Shown one piece after another: positions 25,797 through 38,499 of a DNA stretch of 64,000 nucleotides. Under the pieces are notes generated by a model. That model had not been told where the DNA came from, ran no database searches, and was given only the letters and a program-made list of their open reading frames with translations. The number at the start of each line of letters is the position of its first letter. Positions within the stretch are counted from its first letter, which is position 1. The position numbers were made by a program, and so were the translations under genes. Source of the DNA: Octopus sinensis (taxonomy: Eukaryota); NCBI RefSeq assembly GCF_006345805.1, contig NC_043009.1:56668001-56732000 (forward strand). The letters run 5' to 3'.

Positions 25797-25989
25797 ACCT
25801 GAAAAAAAAGTCAAAATAGAGCAGTAACAATGAGACTATTGAAGTATAAGTACTTCACTCGTATCCTACTTATGCCACGGAGCGGAAACGGTCTCAAACT
25901 ACACGCTGGCATCGTGGTATGGTTAGAGGTTTGTTTCGCAAACAACAAATTCATTGTCGGGCGCTTGCTGTTGGTGTTGTACTTACACT

Positions 25990-26202
25990 TCTTTTATATA
26001 TTTTTTTTCCAGTCACTGGACTGTGGCCAAGCTGGGGCACCGCCGTCAAGTGTTTAGTTTAACAAGTTGACCCCACTCTATGCTTATTTTTTTCTTTTAA
26101 ATTCCGGTACTTATTCTATCGGACCTTTTGCCGAACCACTAAGTTACCGGGACATAAACATACCAACACCGGTTGTCAAGCGGAGTGAGGGGAACCAATC
26201 AC

Positions 26203-26266
<64 letters not shown>

Positions 26267-26410
26267 GCACGGGCTTCCACCTCACTTCTCGTCAACCAAA
26301 TTCACTCAGAAGGCATTGTTTGACCCGAAGCCCGAAGAAGTCACACAGTGGGACTGAAACCGGAGTCACATGGTTGCGAAGTGAGCTTCTTAACCGCATA
26401 CTTATGCCCA
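25990..26410 (-). mobile_element. SINE family A, diverged
   Basis: GGTACTTATTCTATCGG...GCCGAACCACTAAGTTAC...(CA)n(TA)n...CACAGTGGGACTGAAACCGG. Confidence 0.8.
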
Positions 26411-26519
26411 GTTGATGTTGATATTGTTCACATTGTTGTTTCTTAGTTCTAATATTGCCCTGATCAAGCAGATCTATGATCAAAGTCGTTCCAACCGTGA
26501 CTATCTCGTCCTTTTGTCT

Positions 26520-27167
26520 ATCTCAAATTGCTATATATTTTTCTAGCGACTCACTGTCGCTGATCTCCTAGAAGAGAGAAAATGTTATATTAAATCTCTG
26601 AGTGAGATATAAACAGTAGCAGTACGGAACTATACAGGACAATGCTACTGATGTTTATAGCCCCAGGAAGACATCTCCTCCAGCTGGCTAACGACAGACA
26701 TTCTGTATCCGATTAGTATTTGCGGGGGCAGGTCATCGCTCCCATCTCTAGTCTTACGTGATGCACACGGACTCGAGTTTCTGGGTGGTTACTAATCGGA
26801 CACAGAATGTGTATCGTTAGCCAGCTGGAGGAGATGTCTTCCTGGGGCTATAAACATCAGTAGCACTGTCCTGTATATGACGCTACACTTAGTTGGCAAA
26901 TATATATTACGGTTCCGTACTGCTTCTGTTTATATCTCGCTCAGAGATTTAATATAACATTCTCTCTCTTCTACGAGATCGGCGACAGTGAGTCACTAGA
27001 AAATATATATAGTAATTTGTGAGTAGAATGAGCTTCTGTCACTACCTGGTGATTAACACACGCTGAGGACGGGTAACCACCCTGAAAATCGAGTCCGTGT
27101 GTATCACGTAAGGCTAGAGATATGAGCGATGACCTCCCCTCGCAAATACTAATCGGACACAGAATGT
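26520..27167 (+). mobile_element. Penelope-like non-coding element: inverted truncated pLTR (26520-26790) plus direct pLTR with terminal redundancy
   Basis: 26520-26716 is the reverse complement of 26790-27020 (with one indel). 26700-26790 is the reverse complement of 27073-27167. ACTAATCGGACACAGAATG occurs at both 26791 and ~27148. Confidence 0.8.
27056..27102 (+). ncRNA. Minimal type I hammerhead ribozyme motif
   Basis: ACACACG-CTGAGGA-CGGG(TAACCA)CCCT-GAAA-ATCGAG-TC-CGTGTGT: perfect 7-bp stem I, both core boxes and a GUC cleavage triplet. The inverted copy at ~26764-26790 keeps the palindromic stem III ACTCGAGT. Confidence 0.75.
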
Positions 27168-27340
27168 TATTTAGCTGTAACTTACACAGAACCCTTATTA
27201 AAGCTTTTTTGTCATATCTATGAATTTAGGGAAGTGTATATCTAGCTATACTTTTAACCGTGTTTGTACTATATGGCGGATTGTACCACAATTTTTTTTT
27301 ATTCCAGCACTCGAGGAGCCAAACCAGGAAGTGTTCTATA

Positions 27341-27561
27341 CAGTAATCCCTCGCCATATCACGGGTCACCTATTGCGGTTTATTATTTAAGCTTACGTCG
27401 ATTCCTCCGTGATGTTGTTTTGCATTTATAATAAAATAAATATATAGAAATTATAAAAATAATTTTTAAAAATGCAGTACAATACTGTTTCTACTTCGCG
27501 GATTTTCACTTACCGCAGGGGTTTTTTGAACGTAACACCCGCAATAGTCGAGGGATTATCG
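27341..27561. mobile_element. Tigger/pogo-like MITE
   Basis: TA-CAGTAATCCCTCGCCATATCACGG ... CCGCAATAGTCGAGGGATTAT. Confidence 0.8.
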
Positions 27562-27929
27562 CTAAAACCAGATCCTCTCAATGCACAATTATTGTATTAT
27601 GCAACCTCATAGAGCATGTGCATATCTGAAGACATGTTGGAGATATAGTTAGTAATTATTAGTAATTAGTTCTTTAACGATCACCGGTGGATGTTTTATA
27701 TAAATTGCTTCTTCATTCAGATTAAGATATGAATGTTTTCGAAGTTTATTCCAGCTGATCTGATGAACAGCATCACTCCCACGCAGGGAAACCATTATTA
27801 GTTGCCAATGCTCTGGATTCACTAACCGAATTATATGTATGTGTATTGCTTTGAACTTGCGTGTGTGTGTGTGTGTGCGTGCGTGTACGGGTGTGTATGA
27901 GCGTGAGAGAAAGTGTGTTTGTATATATG

Positions 27930-27983
<54 letters not shown>

Positions 27984-29079
27984 TGCGTGTCCACATATAT
28001 ATATTATATACATACATACACACGTACGCACACACACGCACATATAGTGTGTGAGTGTGCGTTTGTGTGTTGTAACAGAGTTTACAATGTTTATAGTGTT
28101 GAGCATGTACAGATCATTAATTGTTTGTCGACAGAATCGGTAGCTGCAGTTGTAGTGTCAGTGTAGTGATGGCGGTGAAGCTGTGCCAGTGGTATTGGTA
28201 GCGTAGCGGTTGTTGTGGTGATGGTGGTGGCGGTGGTGGTGGCGTGGTTGCATTTCAGGTTTGATGGTTTCTTAGCCTTAGTCATGGTAACGTGGTTATT
28301 GCTGTTTTTGTGATGATGCAGTTTATAGTATAACTGGTTATTTGTATAACGTTTCAGTTTGATATATTAGTTTATGGTATATAATATAATAAAAGCTTGT
28401 AGTACAAAGCTGTTAAGTAATTATGTCTACAAAATTTTAAATCGTGTTTACAACATTTTGGACGTTGATTAAGAGGCATCACTCTTCAGTTCCGGTACTT
28501 GTCGCAGTATGGTAACTTGTGTGTTTCAATGACCCCGAGAGCTATACCTACGAAGTGCAAGTGGTACCAATTAAATACTGATGTCTTAATAATCTTTTAT
28601 TCTCAGACTACATCATGTGTAATAGACTTATGCCCATGTTTAAGATAAGAATCTTTTTGGTTTCACATACTAGATCCAAATATTTTGAGAAATTCTACAC
28701 GTATGGTATTTAGTTCTAATTTTGAAAATTGTAACAACTTTTTAGGAGAAATTAAAACATAAAGAAGTTACGAAACTTTAAAAATTGATTTCTTTATTAA
28801 AATTTCAGCCAATCAGCCAATCCAAAACTGACAACTACTATAAGAATGCTAGATATCGGAATTGGTAAGTGGCAGAAAATACGTAATCTATTTTGTTACC
28901 TTTTTTAACGATCTAAGTTCAAATCCTGCTCAGGTAAACTTTTACCTTTCTGGAGACGATAAAAAAATATGAACCATATACTAAAGGTGATACTTCGATT
29001 GTATGCTCTTCTACGAATTTACGGAAGCTATGTGCCCATGTCAAAATTTTTGAATTTATAGTAGAAATCATGTACTAAT

Positions 29080-29385
29080 ATTGGCTTTAAATTTTGGCAC
29101 AAAGCCAGCAATTATAGGGTAGAATGAGTCAATTATATCAACCTCAGTGTCCATCTCGTACTTATTTTATCGATACCGAAAGGATGAAAGGCCAAGTCGA
29201 CCTCGGCAGAATTTGAATTCAGAACGTAAAGATGGACGAAATGCCGCTAAGTATTTTGTCTGGCGTGCAAAAACTTATTTAAGGCAGCCAGACTGGCAGA
29301 ATCGTTACACGCCGGACAAAATGCTTCGCGACATTTCGTCCGTCTTCCTGTAGAGAATTCAAATTCAGACGCGGTCGACTTTGCA
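29080..29385. mobile_element. Two SINE family B copies, head-to-head (minus 29080-29270; plus 29281-29385)
   Basis: GAAAGGATGAAAGGCCAAGTCGACCTCGGCAGAATTTGAA (minus copy), then CTGGCAGAATCGTTAC...TTCAAATTCAGACGCGGTCGACTTTGC (plus copy). Confidence 0.75.
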
Positions 29386-30153
29386 GCCGGAGGTGATCTT
29401 ATCTTTCCTTTCCCACCAATTTCGAAGGCTGAAAAAAGTGTCATAGGTGCTACTCTTATTCCTCTGGTTCAGATATTAAAGAATAACAACATCAGACACC
29501 TCCGTTGTATCAAAGAATTTTATCCTCAGTCAGTTGGCTTCAAATCTAGTCAAACAAAACTGGGTGTGGAAATGCGAATAAACAAATAAATAAAAAGCGA
29601 AAAGCAAAAGTCCAAGAATTTTATCCTTTAGCATCTTCACCTGAACAAAAGACGGTTTATGTTTAAAACGATGTGCAATTGCGAGCGTCTGTTTTTTTTA
29701 AAGAAAAAATTCCATTCTTTTACACTTCTTTCTTTCTTTCTTTTCTTTTTTCTTTCTCTGTTTTTATTTTTATTTTTATTTTCCTTCAATCTAATCTGTT
29801 GCATCTTTACAATGTCTATGAATAATCTCTACCTAACTTACATAAGTCAGTATTTAGCACGAGGTATTTTACATAAGGTTGGTGTCTTGTTATACAGGAG
29901 CGGCAGTGATGGTGACGGTGATGGTAGTGGTAATGGTCGTGGTGGTGGAAGCGGCAGTGATGTACTTGAGTGATGGCAGTAGTGATACAGATGTGCTAAT
30001 GGAAGAATGATGGCGGTGAGAAATGATGGTTTTCTTTATTTTTTTACTCTCTCTCTGAAGTGATGCGTTCTCAGCAACTGCACCTATATACTGTCACCTC
30101 GATGGCAGCATGATGAACACGCAGTTTCTGAGCTGTGTTGTGCCTTGTCATTT

Positions 30154-30208
<55 letters not shown>

Positions 30209-30851
30209 ACAACACACACACACACATATACATAACACACATCATATATACATAAATACACACATACATACATACATACATACGTACATACATACATACA
30301 TACGTACATACATACATACATGCATGCATACATACATACATACATGCATACATACGTACGTACGTACGTACGTGCAGTTTCTCCCTAGAACAAGAATAGA
30401 TGCAGTGAGAAAAAATGTCATCAACATATTCGAAGAGTTAGACTTAAAGACCGCAGCAGGTACGATTAACAACAGAGTCATTTCTCAGGTATCACATTCA
30501 GCGTCTGGTAAACCGTAAATTGCATTTAAATTTACACAAAAATTAGCAACCTGCCGTTTGTACAAACGTCCTCCTAGTTATATTAAAATCATGCATTATT
30601 CCTTCTCCATTAGAGAACGATCATCAACGTTTACAGCTTTTAAAATATAACAGCAATTATGACGATGATTTTTAATAATAATGAATTATAATGACACGCT
30701 GTATAAACAGAAACGTTTAACATTTTCTCCTCATTACCCGAGAAATTGGCGAGAACCCCCGACTTGACATGTTACTTTGTAATCTTCACAAATAATAAAT
30801 ATATAGTACAGTAGTTCTAGTAAGAAATCTGCTTTACTTCATATATGCCTT

Positions 30852-30916
<65 letters not shown>

Positions 30917-30975
30917 ATATATGTATGTATGTATATATATATATATGTATATATTATCTTATATATATGTCTTTG

Positions 30976-31062
30976 TGTAGCTGAAGATTTCTCTGCGTTT
31001 TAAATTGATGTAATGATTGCATTGCTCAATTAAATAGAGTTGCATGAAACGATCGTACTGTA
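30976..31062 (+). ncRNA. Type I hammerhead ribozyme motif with extended stem II, in a Penelope-like fragment (~30960-31170)
   Basis: TGTAG-CTGAAGA-[58-nt imperfect hairpin, CTCT..TTTAAATTGA/TCAATTAAATAGAG]-GAAA-CGATCG-TA-CTGTA. Palindromic stem III and GUA triplet. Confidence 0.65.
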
Positions 31063-31618
31063 TTACTCTGGATATCCTTGTTGCTTATTTTGATTATAAT
31101 CACCCCATTTTGAATTATATGGATAATACCATACTAAATTCTGGTGCCTTTAACTTAAATACCATATTCATCTTAATCTAAATTTTACTGAACTTATACA
31201 CACACACACACACACAAAGAATAGGAAAGAAAGAAAAAGAAAGGCAGAGAGAGAAAGCAGATCGATCGGGATAGTATAATCCAAGCGTTTATCTTTGGGA
31301 AGCACTTCCATGAACAACAGCAATCTGAAAATTGGAAGCAGGGAAATTTCCTTATGATCTCCTGTTCCAATAATCTGAAAATCTACCATTAACTTATTTA
31401 TAGAGTATAAATGACAAACATTGAAGTTTGGAGCTACCGATAAAGTTTTTACCTCCATGTTGATTAATCTTATCTTGCATCTTGTTTATAAACATGTCTA
31501 CAGTTACTTATCTTGCTATATCTGCTGTGTAAATACTGCGTTCATTGAGGTATTTTTTTACGGAACTATCCCAAAACAAGCAACTGTAAATTATGAAATA
31601 CACGCGATATTGGAAACT

Positions 31619-31674
<56 letters not shown>

Positions 31675-31699
31675 GAAAATAAGACAAGTTAGAAAATGC

Positions 31700-32002
31700 T
31701 AAAATGATTTCATCATGAAATACATTTTGTAAAGGTTAGTAATAGTTTCAGTCTTTTCGACTTTTTCAACTGAGAATAAAACAAGAAAAACAATTAAGTT
31801 GAAAAATTAAATGAAATGTTTTGTAGATACTCCCATATAGGTGTAGGTGTGGCTGCGTGGTAAGTTGCTTGCTTACCAACCAAATGGTTCCATGTTCAGT
31901 CCCATTGCGAGGCACCTTCGGCAAGTGCCTTCTACTATAGCCTCGGGCCGATCAAAGCTTTGTGAGTGGATTTTGGCAGACGGAAACTGAAAGAAACCCG
32001 TC

Positions 32003-32048
<46 letters not shown>

Positions 32049-32545
32049 GTGTGTGTGTGTGTGCATGCGTTTGTGCGTCTGTGTTTGTCCCCCACCATCA
32101 CTTGACAACTGATGCTGGTGTGTTTACGACCCCGTATCTTAGCGGTTCGGTAAAATAGACCGATGGAATAAGTACTACGCTTACAAAGAATAAGTCCAGG
32201 GGTCGATTAAAGGCGGTGCTCCAGCATGACCGCAGTCAAATGACTGAAACAAATAAAAGAGTAAAAGAGTATAGTCTTGAAATAGGTTGGACATTTTCCT
32301 TTTTTTCTGCCTGTCTGTCTATCTCTCTTCCTTTGGGAAGACTCGGTAAGTAGTAGCAGATCTGAAACAATAGTGTTTATGGGTGCTGAACCAAATTGAA
32401 GACTATGGAAATATTTACAAAACATTTCATTTAATTTTTTTCTTCAACCTAATTGTTTCTTTTGTTTTACTCTCAGTTAGAAAAGTCGAAAAGACTGAAA
32501 CTGGTACTAAACGTTACAAAATGTATTTCATGATAAAATTATTGT
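31700..32545. mobile_element. Inverted-repeat (Penelope-like) element split by a SINE-A insertion
   Basis: 31700-31837 is the reverse complement of ~32403-32540. The left arm continues after the SINE (ATAG|...|ATAG-TCTTGAAA, matching TTGAAGACTAT in the right arm). Confidence 0.7.
31839..32268 (+). mobile_element. SINE family A, full length
   Basis: GGTGTAGGTGTGGCTGCGTGGTAAG head through AAATGACTGAAACAAATAAAAGAGTAAAAGAG; short TATAG duplication. Confidence 0.9.
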
Positions 32546-33632
32546 TTTATTTGCCCTATACATATCAACTCGTGTGTTACTTTTCAACCATATATATGTG
32601 TGCGTGTGTGTGAAAACATTTATAACAAGGGAAGCAAGTATGTAGTATATCATTTAAGTTCATCTCTTGTTTTATTCTTAATAGCTGAAAATGAAACACG
32701 ACCGTTCTAAGAAAATGACGAAATTTAGTTGGAAGATTGAGATTAACGTTGTGGACTGTTTTTGCAAGAGAATGTTGTGCTTGCTTCAGTATTTTAGTTG
32801 GGCGCCTTGCACAATCATTTATAGATGAAAGAGAGGCATAGTGAGAGGTGAGGTAGAGCGTGTATGAGTGCCGCTTACAATGGCCGGATTTTAACTGAGT
32901 TGCATTTTGGTCATTTGGGTGTTGCAGAATGTCTGTGCTGACTTGCGTAGTTGTTGATAAACTACTTATCCTGAACTTAGACAACTACAGGTCTATCAAA
33001 AAGCATATAACATACATTGTTAATTTATTAAGATTATTTCCACCTCTAGAGAGTGTATCATAATTACCAAATAGACATTAAGATTAGATCCACTTGAGAA
33101 AAGGATAATCTCAAGATTTCTCCAAAGTTGATATGCCATTAAGGAAAATGACAGGCTCATTGTCCGGACATAAGATGACGGTCATGGACACATGTTTCTG
33201 GCTGTATTGCTATCATCAGAATGACGAATGTCTGACCTTATCTCCAATAGCCAAAGAACTTAGACTTATAGAATAAAGAGTAGAAAACATTTATGGACAA
33301 GGTAATTTGTATAATATAAAAAAATAAGCGAGGGGTAAATAAGTCAGCACGGCCAATGGGCTGTCTGTGTCTCTCTACAATAAGCCTGTCCTTTTCCCTA
33401 AGGATATGCCAGTCTGAGAGAATAATTGATTCATGAACTCATCTCCCCTACTCTTGTTGATCTTAGTTGCCACTCGGAAATTATGATGCATCGTCGAGAA
33501 GTGGAGATAATTTTAATAGATCAAGAATCTATTCTGCTTGATAGTTAATATAACTGTATTTGTCTATTATAGAGATGCGCTTGCATAACAAATGCTTTGA
33601 TCTGAGATCGCGTATTGAAACTTAAGTGAATG

Positions 33633-33868
33633 CAGCGTGGAAAACATAAATTAGCCATTCAGAAACACACAAACACCGTCAACTTCACTTAAACATTTAT
33701 TTCTAATATGGTATCACAATTTCCGTCGCTCGAAACTACGACCTGTTCACTGACAAAAAATTCTGAAACATCAGAATTTTGATACCATATTACAAATATA
33801 TGTTAAGGATACGTTGACGGTTTTTGGTTGTTTCTGACTGGCTAACTTATGTTCTTCCGCGATGCAAT
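33633..33868. repeat. Decayed inverted repeat (~90-bp arms), Penelope-like
   Basis: TTAGCCATTCAGAAACAC...CCGTCAAC...TAATATGGTATCA versus TGATACCATATTA...GTTGACGG...GTTTCTGACTGGCTAA. Confidence 0.6.
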
Positions 33869-34531
33869 CGTTGTATTTGTCTGTCTTTATTGTTCAAATT
33901 CATAAAGCTGGACACTGAATTATTTCCCTTTGCTCATTTTTGTTTAGATGTTGAACCTAGCTTAACGCATGATTGTGTCTGCCCTTTGTTTGTCCAGCTG
34001 TCTGTGATTATGTTCGTCTGATACCCTGCCTGTTGTTCTCAACTCTTTTTATAAGCTGTGATTAGCTTAATCAAAGCTTGGATTCGTTACAACTTTCTAG
34101 TAACATCAGTCGACGAATTTTATGTGTAATTGTAGACTGTCATTGGTTAGATTTTTCATGACGTTACCACTCAACCTGAAGGTCCTGTTTTATTTTTACT
34201 AACAAAACAGTTTCAAATGAGGCAGGGACCTGTTACATGCATACACGCAGTTACACCCTCCCCAACACATCCACATTATACGCGCACGCGCACACACAAT
34301 ATACACATACACAAACATATCCATCCATGTAAGGAATATGGCTTTGTAAATCTAGAGATGGGTCGGAGTCACAGTGTAGACAGATACATTATGTAATTGA
34401 GCTTTTAGGCACTAATGTATCGAAATCGACGAAAGAATCTCCCATTATACATACGTGCGTACATAGTAATACTTATCATTCATTCACATGGGTGTGTGCG
34501 TGCGCACGCGTATGTATGCGTGTGTATATAT

Positions 34532-34574
<43 letters not shown>

Positions 34575-34639
34575 GCATATACTATGCATAGACGCGCGCG
34601 CGTACACATGCACGCACACATAGGATATATATTGTACTG

Positions 34640-36200
34640 CAGTGATTCCCTCGTGCATCCTTCAACGTTCTCAAAAAGTATGTGCGGTCCTCCTAAAAAG
34701 TTTTTATGTAAATCGGGTGATTATAGTAAAAATAAACGATCACAAGTTTTCAGAAACTATATTTAGTTCTAAAAATACGTTCTAAAAGAGAAAGAAAATG
34801 AAAGGAAAATCAGTAGGATGAGAGGTTCTGTTGCCTTTTTGTACAAATCCCTTTGAAGTTTGGTTTAATGGTAGACAGCTGGTTTCTCATTTCTCCTCAG
34901 CACTCAGTCAGTTACGAGGATTTGGTTTATTTATGTGTGCGTGTGTATACAGAAGATCCAGCTTCATAAAATACATTGTGGCGAAAGTAATAAGTACTTT
35001 AATAGCATTTTCTGATAGTTATGGGTATTCTTATTTTATATTGCACCAAAATTCAGAAAATAGCAGTCTTTAAATTATATTAGTATTACGGAATTTTTGG
35101 ACTTAAATTCGTTAGTGCTTCTTGAACATTGAATAGATATCTAATCCAAGTTTTATTTTTTAAATTTTATATATTCTTACTTGGAAAGTATCTACTGAAC
35201 TGCAAAGTTCTTCACACAAAAACATTAAGAGATTATTTGCATTAATATTATCACTTAATTCGCCGGAAATGTCATTAAAAATTGCGAAATTGTCAGAGTC
35301 ACGGTTTTGGATTAAGGTTCTCAAAGTTCTAAATAGTTTTTGGAAAGTTTGGACTTTTTTTCCTTAGCAGTTAAAATAAAATCTGTCACTTGCTTTCTTT
35401 GTAATAAAAGATTAATTTGACCCTTTTTAGAAAAAAAATATCAGCCATATGTTTGTGTGTCTGTCCTGGGGTCGATTTGCTCGACTAAAGGTGGTGCTCC
35501 ATCATGGCCACAGTCAATGAAAAGTAAAAGAAAAGAACCAAGAGCAACTGAATTTTATCTGATAATCCATTTTTTCAAATGAAATTCTCTCCTATAATTA
35601 AATCTGATGAGATGACCTCTCAAGTAAAAGAATCACCACTGGATAACTGCGTTCAACGGTCTAGTTTTAATAAAATTGATATCGTCATCGCCTTTCAAGG
35701 ACGCTTTTAAAACAGAACTAGCATTTTAAAGACTATTATAGGGCTGTACAGAATGCAATGATTACTCAATACTTTGGTACTATTACTTTAATCTGTGTTA
35801 GAGCCAGTTGCTGTTCATATCATAAACTTTACAACAGTGCACACTCAAGTACCACTGTTCCACTATGAGCTGTCAGGTTCAAAGAAGTTATTAAGTAAAT
35901 TGAATATTGCAGCACCACTTTCATTGCTCGGTAAATACTCACTTATGAGCAAGTAATTTTTCTATTGTTTGTTGATAGTGATATCGGAGAAAGACTTAAA
36001 AAGCAGCAAATCCAGCAATACCTGTAGATTTGTCCGTTTGTAGGGCAAATGAAAAATTTGAAGACGACTTAGCTGATAAGTTATTAAAATGACGAGTAAT
36101 TGTATCATTAAACAGTGGGTCAAACATGATTTCTTTAATTACTGATTTTCTGTCCAGCGGGCATTCAAAAATATCTTCTGGGAAGGCTTTTAAAGATTAA
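34640..36200 (-). pseudogene. hAT Buster/Charlie transposase remnant
   Basis: Minus strand gives FALQTDKSTGIAGFA (cf. FALQLDESTDVAGLA), NHCILY (cf. HCxIH) and EFWCNIK*EYP*LSENAIKVLITFATMY..EAG..MRNQLSTIKPN. Possible terminus CAGTGATTCCC at 34640. Confidence 0.8.
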
Positions 36201-37385
36201 CCAACAACAAAACTCCTGAGACAAACCGAATTCACTACAACGTCTCTACCTCTCTATTGTTTCTATTTGTGTATACAGGACAGAGCCATCGACAGTTAGG
36301 TATTCGGGCTAGATATTGGCCGGGCACAAGTTATAGAGTGTAGACACTTTGATTATTCATTGTGATAATGTGTCTCTAACAAAGATTTGTGACTTCCTAT
36401 GTCCTAACAAACCAAGGTACCATGAACGTGGTGGAGTTTTCTCTGAGAACAAGACAAGAGCACTGAATAACTGACTAGTGTATTCGTTAGTTGACAAAGA
36501 CGGATTAAAATACCACCATGGTTCTGGCAAGTCAAAATAATCATTTCCGTATATCTTGCCCATCATTTCCCCTTGCTACCGATTCATCTTGAAATTGCTC
36601 TTGTAGAAATAAAGTAATTCTACATTCTAACTCTTCTCAACAACTGCTTTACCGTATCAACGAAAGAATGTTTAAGCGATCTCTCGTCCTGTTAGATATA
36701 GCAGCCAAATCTCCTTCTCACAATATCCTGCCATCTTAGAAATGTGAGAGATATTTGACAAAGTAATGTAAGATGTGTTATATCTAGAAGGGTGGCATAA
36801 TCTTGGATGAAACGCCTTTGGTAATAGGTATGATGAATCAGGGTTAATCAGGTGCCAAGAAATAATAATGGCAAAAACAGCAGTACCTTCAGCAGCATAA
36901 AACTATGTAAAATAAACCAAAACAGAAATGAATAATGATTACAAAATATATATACCTATTACAATGTTACTAATGATACATGACCAAAGACATTTTGACG
37001 GAAGTGAAACCTCATACACTGAAACCAATATGGCGTCGTTTTTCTCCCGCAAAGTGGACATTTCAATCTATTTTTCGGTTTACTCTATCCCGATGTAATT
37101 TGTCATTTGATTGATTACTCCCCTTTGATATTCACTCTCCTTTTGTAATTATTTTCTTTCTTACTCGATCAATTTTGCGCTTCGTAGTCTGTGTGGAATG
37201 ATATTTAAACAAACATCATTAATATTTCATAGCGTATGCAAGAGTATAATGTTGGCTCTGCTGTATTCTGTTACACAAATGGCCGAATAACGTCTCCTGG
37301 GACAACAATATGCTATTATTGATATGCGCTTACTCCTCGCAAACGATTATAAATATGTTAATAATGATATATATACATATATATA

Positions 37386-38228
37386 CGAGGTGGGATCAAA
37401 AGGTTCCCGGACTAGTTATGATTAATAACAAATAACTTATTTACCTAAGTTTTAACAACATCTTCGAAATAGTCACCTTGCGCAGCAATACACCAGCCCC
37501 AGCGTTCCTGCCACTTTTGAAATCTGGCCCGGTAGTGGTTTTCCGTAAGTGAGTTGAGGAACTTCTGCGATTCGCTCTAGACCTTCGACAGCGATGTTAA
37601 AACGGCAACCTAAGATCTGCATTTTCATGTTAGGGAAGAGATGGAAGTCCACAGGTGTTAAATATGGTGAATAGAGTGGGTGCAGAAGCTATAAAATGTT
37701 GCTTTTGTCGAGAAGCTCACGAGCGAGAAGTGCTCGAGGACAGGGTGCAATGTGGCAGGTGAAGAATCCAGTTCTTCGCGCTCCACGGTTCCGATCGCTT
37801 TCGCGGAATGTTCTTCAAACGCTTCAAAACGTTGTTGATTGTCCTCCGACAATCCTCATGCACAAGTTAAGGAATTATCTACACATTTCCGGGGGTGACG
37901 CTCGTGGCAGATCTTCCAGATCGCTCATCGTCTTTTAGGGAAGTATTTTCTCTATTGAAGCACCCGTGCTTGCTCAATGTCTCTGTATCAGACTACTCAA
38001 GTTTAACGCAAAATTTCACGTCGGGTTTTTGTTCCAGCTTGCTTTCTATGACAAAAATCGCAGACTGCAGCCACGTGAACACAAAAATACAAATTTCACA
38101 ACTTGCAGAGTAAACTCAGCGATGTCACTCGGCACACTTCCTCATGAAGGTCACTGCACACGCAACCGCGTGTTGCCATCTCTTGGTACGCTAAAGAACA
38201 ACTCTAGGAACTTTTTGATACCATCTCG
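37386..38228 (-). mobile_element. Internally deleted mariner transposon
   Basis: TIRs CGAGGTGGGATCAAAAGGTTCC / GGAACTTTTTGATACCATCTCG. Minus strand gives VKFCVKL, DDERSGR, HPLYSPYLTPVDFHLFP (YSPDLAP motif) and FQKWQERWGWCIAAQGDYFE. Confidence 0.9.
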
Positions 38229-38291
38229 CACACACACACACACACACAACACACACCACACACACACACACACAACACACACACACACACT

Positions 38292-38497
38292 CAGTAATCC
38301 CTCGGCTATCGCGGGTGTTACGTTCCGAAACCTCCCACAGAAATAATTAAAATCTAAAAAAAATATAAATACCTATCGGCCGTAGAAACTCGGAAATAGT
38401 GAAGAGTCCGCGATATAAATTTACATATATTAGCCAGAAAAATCCGCAATGTACTGAGTGCGCGATAGGTGAACCGCAATATGGCGAGGGATTACTG
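38292..38497. mobile_element. Tigger/pogo-like MITE (different internal sequence from the other three)
   Basis: CAGTAATCCCTCGGCTATCGCGG ... CCGCAATATGGCGAGGGATTACTG-TA. Confidence 0.85.
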
Positions 38498-38499
38498 TA

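Noticed and set aside
32577-32984. 135-aa non-repetitive ORF on the minus strand
   Set aside because: No recognisable motif, non-ATG start and no clear splice signals. A host exon cannot be excluded but cannot be supported.
36357-36566. ORF with WWYFNPSLS resembling the Penelope WFNPP motif
   Set aside because: Only a few residues match and the surrounding motifs are absent.
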